A stretch of 64,000 bases of DNA, taken from assembly GCA_946631855.1 (NCBI GenBank), contig CAMPAL010000002.1, positions 587 to 64,586 of the forward strand, in the 5' to 3' direction. Below the pieces are notes generated by a model. That model did not search any database, was not told where the DNA came from, and was given only the letters and a program-made list of their open reading frames with translations. Position 1 is the stretch's first letter; each line of letters begins with the position of its first letter. Shown in pieces: positions 18,273-29,097 of the stretch. The DNA is from an uncultured Treponema sp. Its GTDB lineage: Bacteria > Spirochaetota > Spirochaetia > Treponematales > Treponemataceae. A program made the translations under genes and the position numbers.

Positions 18273-20333
18273 TTAAGCGAAGAGCTTCAAGAACATATCT
18301 TTTGTTGGATTGCTGAAATCCAAAGCAGCTTTTTCAGTTGCTTTATTTTCATCAAGCTCCTTCAAGTTCTTTTCCAAATCAGCTTCTGCTTCTGCAATCA
18401 GCTTCTTTGTAACTTCCTCGCTAAAGCCTGCTTTCAAAGTATTTTCTTTGAAAACCTCAAACTTCTTTTTCAACTCTGTAGACTTTGAAGTGTCAACAGT
18501 TCCGTCTGCAGAATCCAAACGAGTAAATCCTGCTTCTTCCAAAATTGGAATCAAATCAATATAAGAATCCGCTTTGACTTTGTTTGCCTGCTGGATAATG
18601 TCGTTGTTTGTACGAGTTGAAACTCTTCCATACCCTGAATGCAACTGCATCAAATACAAACGAGAGTTGTGCAGGTATGCAACTGTCTGCTGCCCACTTC
18701 CATTGAAATCAAGCATTGCTTCGAAAACAATGTTGTTTGGATCGCACATAAAATCAAAGTCTTCTCTCCATCTTTCATAGTTTCCCTTCAGCTTTTCGGT
18801 CATTTTTTCTTTTGCAACAAACAGGCGGTATTGAGATTTCTCAGAACCGTTATACTTGTTCAGGTTTACAACTCCGTCAGGTACTCCATTTTTGAAGTAA
18901 AACAACTCCGCTGCTTCAGGATCAGCGTTTGTCATGTCACCAGAGTAAATTACATCTGAACTTCCGTATGAAGAGTTCCATCCAAATTGATAGCCTTTGT
19001 CATCCAAAACATGCAAGTCAAAATCTCTTGTACCCCATTCGTTTCTCCAGTACACTCCAATTACGTTATCAGATTTTCCAAATTCAACTGAAGTTCCCAT
19101 TGGGTAATTTCCCAAGAAATTCTTTTCAGAAGTTGGACAAGCCAAATGCAATTCAGGTCTGACGTAGAAAGAAGTTGCTTTTGTCTTCAATGATTCAACC
19201 AAAGCATCTTTCAAAATGTTGTACAGGTTCATCAAGTACTCAAGGTCAATTGTTGGTACATAGCCTTCGCGCACGAACATCTTTCCGTTACGAATGACGT
19301 ACATTTTGCCGTCCATATCTTTTCCAACCATTCTCTCACGAATTGACTGCATAATCTGTACTTTGCGGAAGTTGTTTAGTTCAGAAATCTTTTCTTTTGC
19401 TGACTGCAAGCGAGCTTTCTTGTCAACCCCCTCATTCAATGTCAAAACAGTTTCCCAAAAGCCTTTTTGCATTGGCTTGTGATTCTTTACAGCCAAACGA
19501 CGGATTTTGTTTATGTACTTTGCATTATCCTCATATCCTTTCATTGCAAGGAACAAAGGCTTGTAACGCAAGAAAATACGAGACAAAAGTGTCAGCTGCT
19601 TTTTTGACAAAATTGCAAAATCAAAGTACTCTTTTGGTGTAAATCCATTTATACCTTTGATTGTATTGATTGAAATGCGATCTTTAATCAGCATTGCACT
19701 ACCTGTATAGGTATATACAATTGCGCGAAGCAAGCCGAATTCATCATTTGGATACTTCTTTGTTTTTACCGCAATAATTGTCTGAGCTTCTTTGTTTTTG
19801 ATTGAATCAATATTAATTTTCTTCAAGAAGTGATTTTCCTTCAAGAATTCAATACATACATCAATTGTATCTGAAGACATTGCAGAACCCGATTCAAACA
19901 TTGCAAGAATGTCATCGCGAATCTCTTCCTCGGAAGCTGCTTTAATTACACGGAATTTTGTATAATCAACAACAGGAGGTTCTGCGTTAGGTACATACCC
20001 GTTGCCTTTTATTCCATACTCAACATCAACTGTTCCTTTTGTTGTAGCCTGTGCAATTACAGAATTCTCTGCATTTCCATAAGTTGAAGCATAATGTTTG
20101 ACCTGATCAAGATACAACTCAAGTCGAGACTTTGAAACAATGTCATCCCAAGTCTTGTAAAAAGTTGAGTTTGGATTCATTCTCTGTTCACGCAGAAACT
20201 TCAAAACATCAACAGTTGCGCACTCTGGATCTACAATATAACCTGCACGAGTTGCTGCTTCTGCAATTTTTTTGTAATCAATCTCTTTTCCTGGAAGAGC
20301 CTTGTTGAACATGCGAATAAGTTTAATGTCCAT
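18273..20333 (-). CDS. large protein with TerD-like domain
   Basis: IGVYW..RDFDLHVLD..GWN..IYSGDMTNADPEAAEL..LNKYNG matches the TerD-domain motif pattern. Confidence 0.6.
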   Translation of the reverse strand: MDIKLIRMFNKALPGKEIDYKKIAEAATRAGYIVDPECATVDVLKFLREQRMNPNSTFYKTWDDIVSKSRLELYLDQVKHYASTYGNAENSVIAQATTKGTVDVEYGIKGNGYVPNAEPPVVDYTKFRVIKAASEEEIRDDILAMFESGSAMSSDTIDVCIEFLKENHFLKKINIDSIKNKEAQTIIAVKTKKYPNDEFGLLRAIVYTYTGSAMLIKDRISINTIKGINGFTPKEYFDFAILSKKQLTLLSRIFLRYKPLFLAMKGYEDNAKYINKIRRLAVKNHKPMQKGFWETVLTLNEGVDKKARLQSAKEKISELNNFRKVQIMQSIRERMVGKDMDGKMYVIRNGKMFVREGYVPTIDLEYLMNLYNILKDALVESLKTKATSFYVRPELHLACPTSEKNFLGNYPMGTSVEFGKSDNVIGVYWRNEWGTRDFDLHVLDDKGYQFGWNSSYGSSDVIYSGDMTNADPEAAELFYFKNGVPDGVVNLNKYNGSEKSQYRLFVAKEKMTEKLKGNYERWREDFDFMCDPNNIVFEAMLDFNGSGQQTVAYLHNSRLYLMQLHSGYGRVSTRTNNDIIQQANKVKADSYIDLIPILEEAGFTRLDSADGTVDTSKSTELKKKFEVFKENTLKAGFSEEVTKKLIAEAEADLEKNLKELDENKATEKAALDFSNPTKDMFLKLFA

Positions 20334-20416
20334 CCTTTTTTCTCCTTTCGAACGGTATAATTTTTTTTAAGAACCGTCTCTGAAATAATGTTTTATAATT
20401 ATAGGGATAATTCCTA

Positions 20417-21094
20417 TTATTTTTCCTCAGAATCCTGTCTCAAGACTTTTGTGTGAATCTTAGCACCTCTCATTTCAAGTAAACTAAATTCCTTAAAACA
20501 AGCTTCATCGTTTGTGTATATTTTATGAATTCTTTTGCCTTTCTTTGAATTACCAACAGAATCAACAATATCATAAGTGAAAATTTTATTGTAATACTTT
20601 TCTTTGTTATCTACTACAACCCTTATTCCATAGAATCTATCATTTTTTCCTACATTAAATATATCTTTAATAAGATCACGAAGATTGAAATCATATGAAA
20701 AAGCTTCGGAATTAGAATTAAAAGTCACAAGATATTTTTTGGAGCCGCTTGCATTTGTGCCAAGTAAATAACTTTCTTCCATTCCAATACCTTTTTTATA
20801 TGCATCTTCTTTGTTGGAAATAATTTTCAGGATTTCCCTATCTCTAGGAGATGTTCGTTCTTTCCATTTATCTACAAAAACAGGTTCTGCATTTTTCTTT
20901 GCCAACTTGATATCTTTTTCGTAAACAAAATAGAAATACTGATTTTTGTATTTTTCCGGGGTAAGAGAATCAACATAGATTTCATATGCTTCAACTTCAT
21001 AGGTATCTGATTTTTGTTCCTCTGGAATTGATGCACAACCTATAAAAATACTAAAAATCAACATAATTGTAATTGCTTTAAAAATTGTCTTCAT
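20417..21094 (-). CDS. lipoprotein
   Basis: MKTIFKAITIMLIFSIFIG-C signal with lipobox. Confidence 0.7.
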   Translation of the reverse strand: MKTIFKAITIMLIFSIFIGCASIPEEQKSDTYEVEAYEIYVDSLTPEKYKNQYFYFVYEKDIKLAKKNAEPVFVDKWKERTSPRDREILKIISNKEDAYKKGIGMEESYLLGTNASGSKKYLVTFNSNSEAFSYDFNLRDLIKDIFNVGKNDRFYGIRVVVDNKEKYYNKIFTYDIVDSVGNSKKGKRIHKIYTNDEACFKEFSLLEMRGAKIHTKVLRQDSEEK

Positions 21095-21202
21095 TTTGAA
21101 TCCCCCTTATTTGTGAACCCTATTCAATCATTAGAAAATACCACGCAACCGTTATAAAACCTGCGATGATAATAGCTATCACTGTGTTTTTGATGTTATT
21201 CA

Positions 21203-21559
21203 TTATAGAATTTCTCCCTGTCTCTTTTCAATCTCTTTTGCTTCTTCTGTAATTGGCTCACCTTCGTAATTGTGGTTGATTCGGTAAAAGCCAATCAAAT
21301 CATCATCTTTTAAATTTTCAATCTCACAGTTGACCAAATTTTCAACAGCTCGATAAGTTTTGTCAATTTTGTAAAAATCAGTTGGGCTTCTATCAAGCAT
21401 GTCTGTAATAAGCATCAGACTGTACAGCAAGTCATCTTTGAATTTTACACCTTTTTTAGTTTTGAAAATCAAATCAGAATGTACGCGAATTAAATTGCGC
21501 ATTTTTTCCGCGTGTAATTTGATTACTTCTTTTTGATAAAGCAAATCTCTAGGGTTCAC
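21203..21559 (-). CDS. hypothetical protein
   Basis: 118-aa ORF with GGGAG upstream. Confidence 0.6.
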   Translation of the reverse strand: MNPRDLLYQKEVIKLHAEKMRNLIRVHSDLIFKTKKGVKFKDDLLYSLMLITDMLDRSPTDFYKIDKTYRAVENLVNCEIENLKDDDLIGFYRINHNYEGEPITEEAKEIEKRQGEIL

Positions 21560-21916
21560 ATCTATTCTCCCAGGTTTTCTTCAACTTCTTCAAGAATATC
21601 ATACAGCATATTCTCAAGTCTATCTGTTTTTGAGTATTGTAAATTTCGTAAAATATTTACAATCTCAATTGCATTCTTTTCAATTTTACGATATTCCGGT
21701 TCTGAAACTTTATTCATTTTTCTCTGTACCTCGAAAAATAATATAGGGATTTGAATTCAAAATAATTCAGTTTCTATATTAAATTCAGATGAGGAAAACA
21801 ATTTTCCACTAATTATTTTGAATAGGTTTTTTTAATCTATTCAAAAAAAAATTTTGTTAACCTCGCTCGGACGTAACGGTACCGTCTGAGGTTACGGAAG
21901 AGTGAGGTTATATTTT

Positions 21917-23677
21917 ATGAGAATGTCTTACACAAAAATCCCATCACAATTACAAAATGCAGTCATTGGTTTTGGAGGTTCACTTCCTGGAGTTGGAAAA
22001 ACCTATACAAGAAAAAACTGGGCTGAAAAATTAAGAGCGTTAAATTATCAAGTAATCGAAACAGGTTCAACAAATAAAGCATCTGATTTAAACAAAACAA
22101 TCTATTCTGTAGCAGGTTGGACTGATATGGAACAAACAAGAAAACAAAAGAAGTTTGTAAGAAAAACAGCTGAGCTTAAAGTATACACTCAACGCTCAGC
22201 TTTTATTATGATTGACGAAGCTTGGATGCTTTCTCAAGAAGACATTGAAACAATCAAAAAGCAATTCCCAAAATGTTGTATTTTACTTTTCGGAGACCCA
22301 AATCAATTTCCTCCAATTGCTGATAGTTCAATGCTTGAAAAATTTGATGAAATGAAAAAAGATGTATACGATAAATACATCTATCAAATTCGCAAAGCAA
22401 TTCAAAAAGGTACAAAAAGAAATACAATTTACTCTGTTGATAAAATGTACAATCTTATGGTACAGTATCGCGTAAAAACCCCGGAATTGAAAAGATTCTT
22501 GGATAATGTAAAACAGGGTTTTGCTTCTGAAATAGATGCTCTAAAATTCTTTCAAGCTCATCAATTTAAAGAAGATGAAAAATATGATTTCGCAATCTGT
22601 AGAACTTGGGAGAATGGGGTTTATTCATATGGAAATTACAGATTTGAAGAAAAAGAAAAAAAGAGAACTTTAATAAACCTTTTGAGATATGTAAAAGGCG
22701 TATATGTTGGGCAGACTTCAGGTTATATAAAAGAGGGATTTTCCAAAAACAGTATTTTCAGATTAGATGGAAAATCTTTTGAAAATGACTCGCAAATTAC
22801 AGATATGTCAATTTTCAAAGATGAAAAGAAAATGCATTTGCAAGGGGCTGTTACTTGCCATTCTATACAGGGTGCAACTTTGAATGCAGGTACAAAAGTG
22901 ATTATTGATGTGGATGATGCAATGAGTTTAATTGATACAAATCTGCCTGTTGAAAAAGAACTATATGAAGATTTCGCGAGATTCTTATATATTGCATGTT
23001 CAAGAGTACAATCTGAAGATGATTTAGTTTTCAAATGTTATGATGTTGAAAAACTTTGTAAAATTATGAGTCAAGGAATTGGATTGAAGAATGATTTAAA
23101 AGGAGAAGCAACAAGTAGCGAGAAGTTATGCCGTTGTAAAAACCCTATTGAATTTCTTTTGTCATCCGAAGAATTGGGGAACAGGAGTTCCCCAGTTATT
23201 AAATTACCTAAATCAGAAAAATTTGAGTTGATACAATTATTAAAAGACATCTGGAATCGGGGACCCGATTCCTTTGAAGATAAGATATATAATGAATATT
23301 ATAATAGCTTATCTTGCGGGTCCCCAAAATTTTCCATTCATGATTTAATGAAAATTACAGGGAAAAGTCAGAGATATGTTATAAGACATGAGTCAGGGAT
23401 TTTGGCTAAAATTGAAGAACTTTTGAAAAAATTGAAGAATGAACAACCTAAAGAACCAAGAATTGCAACAGGTAAAACAATTGGGGAATTGATGGAAGAG
23501 GAGAGAAAAGAAGAAGAAGAAAAGGAAAAGAAAAGAATTGAACTCAATCTTGAAATTGAGAGATTACTTGAAAATTGCACAGCTATTGAAAAGGAATGGT
23601 GGAATCAATCTGTAAAGAATGAAACCTGCATTGATATGTTGAGAGCTTTTAACAAAATGAGAGAGCTGGGGAATTAA
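21917..23677 (+). CDS. superfamily 1 (RecD/Pif1/Dda-like) helicase
   Basis: GSLPGVGKT (I), IDEAWM (II), FGDPNQF (III), QYR (IV), TCHSIQGAT (V), LYIACSR (VI). Confidence 0.85.
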   Translation: MRMSYTKIPSQLQNAVIGFGGSLPGVGKTYTRKNWAEKLRALNYQVIETGSTNKASDLNKTIYSVAGWTDMEQTRKQKKFVRKTAELKVYTQRSAFIMIDEAWMLSQEDIETIKKQFPKCCILLFGDPNQFPPIADSSMLEKFDEMKKDVYDKYIYQIRKAIQKGTKRNTIYSVDKMYNLMVQYRVKTPELKRFLDNVKQGFASEIDALKFFQAHQFKEDEKYDFAICRTWENGVYSYGNYRFEEKEKKRTLINLLRYVKGVYVGQTSGYIKEGFSKNSIFRLDGKSFENDSQITDMSIFKDEKKMHLQGAVTCHSIQGATLNAGTKVIIDVDDAMSLIDTNLPVEKELYEDFARFLYIACSRVQSEDDLVFKCYDVEKLCKIMSQGIGLKNDLKGEATSSEKLCRCKNPIEFLLSSEELGNRSSPVIKLPKSEKFELIQLLKDIWNRGPDSFEDKIYNEYYNSLSCGSPKFSIHDLMKITGKSQRYVIRHESGILAKIEELLKKLKNEQPKEPRIATGKTIGELMEEERKEEEEKEKKRIELNLEIERLLENCTAIEKEWWNQSVKNETCIDMLRAFNKMRELGN

Positions 23678-23732
23678 GTGATTCTTTTTCAGGGTTGGCC
23701 ACTAACTATATTTGAAAAAAAGGATTTAATAT

Positions 23733-24134
23733 ATGAGAGATGGAATTACATACGATGAAGTTTATGAAATAGCAGCTGAAGTCTGCGAAGAAATGTTTAC
23801 TAAATTTTTACGTAATTTGGTAAAACTTGTACCTGCTGGTGAAGAAATTGTTGATGACATTCAGGAACAGCAATATGAAGAATTGAAAGCTTTGCGACAG
23901 GAAAAATTGAAGGAATCTGTAAATAAAGCATTTACAAAACCTGCTGCAAAACAAAATCCTGTAGTAAGTGGAGAAGATGACTTCGGGCTTTTAGGAGGAA
24001 ATGATTTTGCAGCAATTGCACATCCTGAAAACGAAGTAAAGCCGGGAGAAGACTCAAGCTGGGCCGAAAAGAATGATATGGATTCTGCGTTAGCAAACAT
24101 GGATTTACCACCAATGGGGAATATTGATGACTAA
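23733..24134 (+). CDS. hypothetical acidic protein
   Basis: 133-aa ORF with AAGGA upstream. Confidence 0.65.
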   Translation: MRDGITYDEVYEIAAEVCEEMFTKFLRNLVKLVPAGEEIVDDIQEQQYEELKALRQEKLKESVNKAFTKPAAKQNPVVSGEDDFGLLGGNDFAAIAHPENEVKPGEDSSWAEKNDMDSALANMDLPPMGNIDD

Positions 24135-26100
24135 AACCGAGTTGAAAGAAATAATGTTGAAAATCCAAAATGAGTGTGCTTTAGAGGAACCCTCTAAAAT
24201 TACTTATTTTTGGAATGAAAACAACAAAGTAGTTTTTAAGTTTTATTTTGATTCTTTATATTTGCCTGATGATTTAAATTTATCAGGTGAAAAGAGAAGT
24301 GAAAGAATTAAAAATTTATTTACAAATCAAAATGTATATGAATTCCAAGATGATTTCAATATTATTGAATTAAACACGGAAGAAGGCTGGATAAAAGTAA
24401 TCCCGACTGATCAAAATTTCAAAGTTGTGGATTCTTATAAAGATTTGAAAAAGAAAAAAGAGGACGATGAGAAAGAAGAATCTGTTGTTTTAGCTGGAAA
24501 AAGATTGAATGAAAATGTTGCTCTTGCTGAAGGAATGATTTTAAGAGAGGGTGGTACAAATGATCAAGCGAATCAGATTCCAGTTTCAGGGGATCAAGGG
24601 TTTGAGGGTCAAGAAGATCAGAACAAAAATGCAAAGTCCCAACCCAAAGATTCAACAGAAAAGAAAACCACAGTATTGAAAGGAAAATCAATATTTATTT
24701 GTACAGTGGGAAATCCATTTGGCGAAAGCGTTAAAGTTTTAAGCGATGCATTTGAAAATAATAAAGCTCAAACCTCGTTTGATACTTTAATTGTAATACC
24801 TGCATATGGTAAAGAATTTGGAATTGCAAAAGAAGGTGATTTTGGATTTAAGGAAGCTGTAAGGCATGCTTTGAGAAAAAAGATTTTTGATCAAAACTGG
24901 GGTTTGAATATTTTCAGTCTTGAACATCAGGAATCCCGAGAAATTCTCAAGCAAAGTTCAAAAAATGACGGAGATGATGTTTCATTTTATTGTTCAAAAA
25001 GTCAAAAGCAGGAAATACAAAGTATTTTAAGTAATGATTATAAAATAAATCTTCGAAATTTTTCTGATACTGAAAAAAAACATGATGATATATCTGAAAA
25101 ATTAAAGGAATTACCTGCTGTTCTTTCTGAATCTTATATAAATGATATAGACGTTACAAAAATCGTTGAAGCTTTTATGGCTGATGTAGAAAAAATCAAG
25201 AATCAAGCTGAAGAAGATTCAAAAAATCCAAAGAAAAATAATGATAAATCTCAGGAAAAAAATGATACGCAAAATGCTGAAAATAAAAATGGAGATGCGC
25301 AAAACAAAACAAATTCCACTGAAAACTCTACAGATACGGGAACGAGTACTGGAAGTGGTACAGTTACAGATGATGGAAGTGTAGGTGAACAGCTGGAGGA
25401 CGAATCTATTTTTCTAAGCCCTTATAGAAAACATAGGAAATTGGTAGAAAAGAAACAAAGTGAAGCATACAAACTTGAAACAAATGCAGACTGGGATTTT
25501 TATTTTAGTAAAGAAATAGGTGAAAAATGGGCAAATGCAAAGAAGGAATATATAAAGTCTTATCAATCAATACCTCAAAATGTAGATAGTGAGGAATTCA
25601 AAACTTATTTTTATTTGGGAATGATTGCATATGCATATGCAACTTCAAATAAAGTTTTGGAATTGGATAAGCCATATATTAAAAATGAAAAAAGCATGGA
25701 ACAACAACTTATAGACAATCCAAAACCAAAAAAGAATGATCCTCAAAGACCAAGAGAACCTGGTAGTGAAGATTTGAAATTAAATTTGGATATAGGAAAT
25801 TTAGATACTGACGAACAAAAAAATACAAGCTCAAGTGGAGGACTTATAGTAAATAGTAATGCAAATTTGGGAGGATCAGGTCAAGTAAAGACAAAAAATA
25901 TAAAAGCACCTGATTTGAGTGTAAAAGCAGGTAAAGATGATTTTACTTCAAACGAAAAAGAAGCTCCAAAATCTTTCCCGGGTGCAGCTTTGCCATATAA
26001 TTTAAAAATCTGGGCTTTAGTAGATAATTCAGAAATCACGGATAGTGATTTGGAAAAATTAAAAACGCCAAAAATTGAAAAGAAACCAACAAAAAAGTAA
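24127..26100 (+). CDS. large hypothetical protein with low-complexity linkers
   Basis: about 657 aa; N/T/S/G-rich linkers; followed by a terminator hairpin near 26125-26155. Confidence 0.7.
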   Translation: MTKTELKEIMLKIQNECALEEPSKITYFWNENNKVVFKFYFDSLYLPDDLNLSGEKRSERIKNLFTNQNVYEFQDDFNIIELNTEEGWIKVIPTDQNFKVVDSYKDLKKKKEDDEKEESVVLAGKRLNENVALAEGMILREGGTNDQANQIPVSGDQGFEGQEDQNKNAKSQPKDSTEKKTTVLKGKSIFICTVGNPFGESVKVLSDAFENNKAQTSFDTLIVIPAYGKEFGIAKEGDFGFKEAVRHALRKKIFDQNWGLNIFSLEHQESREILKQSSKNDGDDVSFYCSKSQKQEIQSILSNDYKINLRNFSDTEKKHDDISEKLKELPAVLSESYINDIDVTKIVEAFMADVEKIKNQAEEDSKNPKKNNDKSQEKNDTQNAENKNGDAQNKTNSTENSTDTGTSTGSGTVTDDGSVGEQLEDESIFLSPYRKHRKLVEKKQSEAYKLETNADWDFYFSKEIGEKWANAKKEYIKSYQSIPQNVDSEEFKTYFYLGMIAYAYATSNKVLELDKPYIKNEKSMEQQLIDNPKPKKNDPQRPREPGSEDLKLNLDIGNLDTDEQKNTSSSGGLIVNSNANLGGSGQVKTKNIKAPDLSVKAGKDDFTSNEKEAPKSFPGAALPYNLKIWALVDNSEITDSDLEKLKTPKIEKKPTKK

Positions 26101-26197
26101 ATTAAAAAAAAATAATTGAAAACAAAAGATTCTCTATAAAAGGGGATCTTTTTTTATTTGAATTTTTCTATATTTTGAAAAAGGAGAAAAAACAAAA

Positions 26198-26437
26198 ATG
26201 GATCATCTGCACCCAACTCCGTGGAGTAATTTATCTGAATCTGAAAAGAACAGAAATTTATCCCTTACCAGAGCAGTTTTAAATTCTGCAATGAAAAACC
26301 CAAATAAATTGATTCCTTACGAGTTTTTAAACAAAGCTGGTTTGGAACATTTGTATAGATTTTTAGTAGATTCCTGGAATGATAATCATCCAGGAAGAAT
26401 TTTGATTTTGGAAAAAGGAATAAGATATGCAAAATAA
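26198..26437 (+). CDS. hypothetical protein
   Basis: 79-aa ORF with AAGGAG RBS. Confidence 0.6.
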   Translation: MDHLHPTPWSNLSESEKNRNLSLTRAVLNSAMKNPNKLIPYEFLNKAGLEHLYRFLVDSWNDNHPGRILILEKGIRYAK

Positions 26438-26447
26438 AGGAGTAAAA

Positions 26448-27161
26448 ATGAGATCTTGTGAAGAAGAGACAGAAGAGAAAAAGACTGGTTTTAATAACCC
26501 TCTTCAAATTATTGAAAGCCCAAACGGCAAAATTGTAGATTTTTATCTAATCAATAGTATTGAAGATATTGCGGATTATGTAGACTTTTTGAGAGAAGTT
26601 GGAAATACAAAATCAGAGGATACCATTAAAGTACACATCAATAATTACGGTGGCAATGTAGATGTAGCAATGAACATTTATGATGCATTGCGGCAGAGTC
26701 CTGCAGATGTAATTATAAGTGTTGAAGGTATGTGTGCAAGTGCAGCTTCAATGATTATGCTTGCAGGTACAGAGTGGTACGTATACCCGCATTCAACCGT
26801 AATGATACACGCTTGGTCAGGATTTTCATATGGCAAATGGAATGAGATACAGGCAAGTCATGATTTTGAAAAGAGAGTTTTGGAAAAGCGCTTTAGAGAT
26901 TTGTACAAGAAATTCATGACGGATGAAGAAATTGAACTTTGTTTGCAGGGTAAAGATTATTACTTTGACAACGAAGAAACAATAAAGCGTTTGGAAAGTT
27001 ATCAAGAAGATACATTGAAAAAGCAGCAGGCTATTCAGGAAGTAACCTCAAAGTATCAGAAGATAATCAATGATGAAATTGAGGCAATTATTAATGAACC
27101 TGTTGATTCTGAAAAACCGAAATCTATAAAGAAAGGAAAGAAATCTTCAGAAGAAGATTAA
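26448..27161 (+). CDS. ClpP-like serine protease
   Basis: HINNYGGNV, GMCASAASMIMLAG (catalytic Ser), VMIHAWS (catalytic His). Confidence 0.85.
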   Translation: MRSCEEETEEKKTGFNNPLQIIESPNGKIVDFYLINSIEDIADYVDFLREVGNTKSEDTIKVHINNYGGNVDVAMNIYDALRQSPADVIISVEGMCASAASMIMLAGTEWYVYPHSTVMIHAWSGFSYGKWNEIQASHDFEKRVLEKRFRDLYKKFMTDEEIELCLQGKDYYFDNEETIKRLESYQEDTLKKQQAIQEVTSKYQKIINDEIEAIINEPVDSEKPKSIKKGKKSSEED

Positions 27162-27224
27162 AAAAAAAATAAATTATAAAAAACTCCGGTTTACATCACC
27201 CGGAGTTTTCTTTATGGAGATTTA

Positions 27225-27782
27225 GTGAAAATGCTAACTTTGAAAAAAGATGAATTATTCGAAGTACTTGAGGATGGAGCATTGCAGGGTGTTTTTCCTT
27301 GGGATCATAGTTTTAATTATGATTGCAAAGTACCAAAAGATAAAATGTACAGGGTGAGAATTGATTTACCTGGAAATGATTTTGAAGGAAAAAGAAGAGG
27401 CTGTTTTTACACTGATGAAGTGAAAGAAACAAATGAAGGTTTTTATATAAATGATGAATATTTGCCGAAAAACAAAATAAGTGTGTGTAAATGTTTAGCG
27501 TGTACAGATATAAACGGCAAGCTTCTTTATGAAAACGATTTTGTAAAAACTGATGAATTGAGCTGGTGTGGCTTTGCAATGTTAGAAAAAGGACCTGATG
27601 AAATTTTTGGCATAAAAAATCCGGTTTGTGTTTTAGGTACAGGAGGTTTTTCTTATTTACCTTCTTTGCTTGAATGGATTGCAAGTCCAATTTTTGGCGA
27701 GTATAGAAAACAAAATGATAAGAGTTATTTAATGAGAGTTGAAAAAGTTTTCATGAAAGAAAATGACATAAGAATTATTTGA
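27225..27782 (+). CDS. YopX-like phage protein
   Basis: CTDINGKLLYENDFVK resembles the YopX DxNGxxIYEGDIV motif. Confidence 0.5.
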   Translation: MKMLTLKKDELFEVLEDGALQGVFPWDHSFNYDCKVPKDKMYRVRIDLPGNDFEGKRRGCFYTDEVKETNEGFYINDEYLPKNKISVCKCLACTDINGKLLYENDFVKTDELSWCGFAMLEKGPDEIFGIKNPVCVLGTGGFSYLPSLLEWIASPIFGEYRKQNDKSYLMRVEKVFMKENDIRII

Positions 27783-27795
27783 AAAAAATAAAAAA

Positions 27796-27816
27796 GCTCC
27801 CTTTTTTCGAGGGAGC
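27796..27816. terminator. bidirectional terminator
   Basis: GCTCCCT...AGGGAGC stem between convergent genes, flanked by A and T runs. Confidence 0.65.
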
Positions 27817-27841
27817 ATTTCTTTTTTAAATTATTCTTTTT

Positions 27842-28846
27842 TTAATTATCTTTGAAAGAAACGTTTTTACCTTCAAGAATATCTTTTGCAATTACAGCGT
27901 AGCGGCTCAAATAATCAGAAAGTGTCTGAATGTTGATGCCGAACTTTTTCATCTGCTTCATTACTTTGTCAGCTGCTTTTTCTTCTGAATTGCGGTTCAA
28001 ACCGAGTTCTTTCTTGAAGCCTGCATTTGAAGTTGCAACACCTCCAATCAAAGCTTTTACGAAGTCTTTGTAAGAAACACTGTTCTTTACAATTGGAGCT
28101 TCCCATTCAGGACCTTTGATTGAACGCAAGAAATCTTCAACTTCAATGAAGTCATATTCATCTTCAGGTGAGCTGACTGCAGCTGCATTTCTTGACATTT
28201 CACCTGCCAAATGATTGCCTGCATCTTCGTTTTCCAGTGAAGCTTCAATTGAAATTGTAGGAGAAGCTTCATGATCTTTTGCTTCTTGATTCCACATGTA
28301 TCTTGCAAGGTGTGTAAAAATCTGAGAGTTCCAAGTTGTTCTGAAAGAGTTCATTACATCGAAATAACCGACATAAACTCCTTTTTTGTTTTCTGCAGCG
28401 ACCTTGTAGTAATACAAAGGATCGTGGAAGAAAGGATGCTTGCCGCTCAAAACGATATAAATCTCTGTAATGAAGCCTGCATATTTGACTGGGTCGTAGT
28501 ATTCAGCTTTGCGCGGATTGTTTTTACCGACGTATACATCCCAGTACTTCTTTGTAATTGCAGATTCATTGTAAAGCATGAATCCCCAAACAAGAGCTGA
28601 ACAGAAGTCATCGCTTGGTGGATGATTTGGACGAGGGAACTTATTCAAAAGTTCGATTGCCTCTTTGTCTTTTTCAATATCCTCTTCTGTGCGCAAATCT
28701 GCTGTTTTCTTGTTGCCTGTAAGCGTAATTGAATGCATGTATGCAGCCCAATCTTTTGCTGCATCTTTATCTTTTGCTGGTACCAAATCAATGATTTTTA
28801 CCAAGCCCTGTGCGCCATCTGCGTAATTGTATGCTGAACTATCCAT
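27842..28846 (-). CDS. hypothetical protein, possibly sigma-factor-like
   Basis: 334 aa; ISIEASLENE..SSPEDEY resembles sigma region 3/4 linker; terminal helix-turn-helix-like segment. Confidence 0.35.
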   Translation of the reverse strand: MDSSAYNYADGAQGLVKIIDLVPAKDKDAAKDWAAYMHSITLTGNKKTADLRTEEDIEKDKEAIELLNKFPRPNHPPSDDFCSALVWGFMLYNESAITKKYWDVYVGKNNPRKAEYYDPVKYAGFITEIYIVLSGKHPFFHDPLYYYKVAAENKKGVYVGYFDVMNSFRTTWNSQIFTHLARYMWNQEAKDHEASPTISIEASLENEDAGNHLAGEMSRNAAAVSSPEDEYDFIEVEDFLRSIKGPEWEAPIVKNSVSYKDFVKALIGGVATSNAGFKKELGLNRNSEEKAADKVMKQMKKFGINIQTLSDYLSRYAVIAKDILEGKNVSFKDN

Positions 28847-29097
28847 TTAATATCTCCTAACTGTGTTGTTGTAAAACTTACATATAATAATATAGTGTTT
28901 TTTCAAACAAATAGTACCCGAAATTTTGAAAAATTTTCAAAATTTTTTTTTGAATTTGCTTACAAAAAACTAAATCGGAATTATCCCTTTACATACTTAT
29001 GTGTAAAGACATTCTGACCGTCACCAGTCAAATTTTCTGCTTTTAGAAAATTTGCAGACTTAACAACCTATATTATAAGTGTAGGAGAATAAAAACG

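Noticed and set aside
20417-21094. Host assignment (e.g. spirochete) from lipoprotein signal style
   Set aside because: Too weak to support without homology searches.
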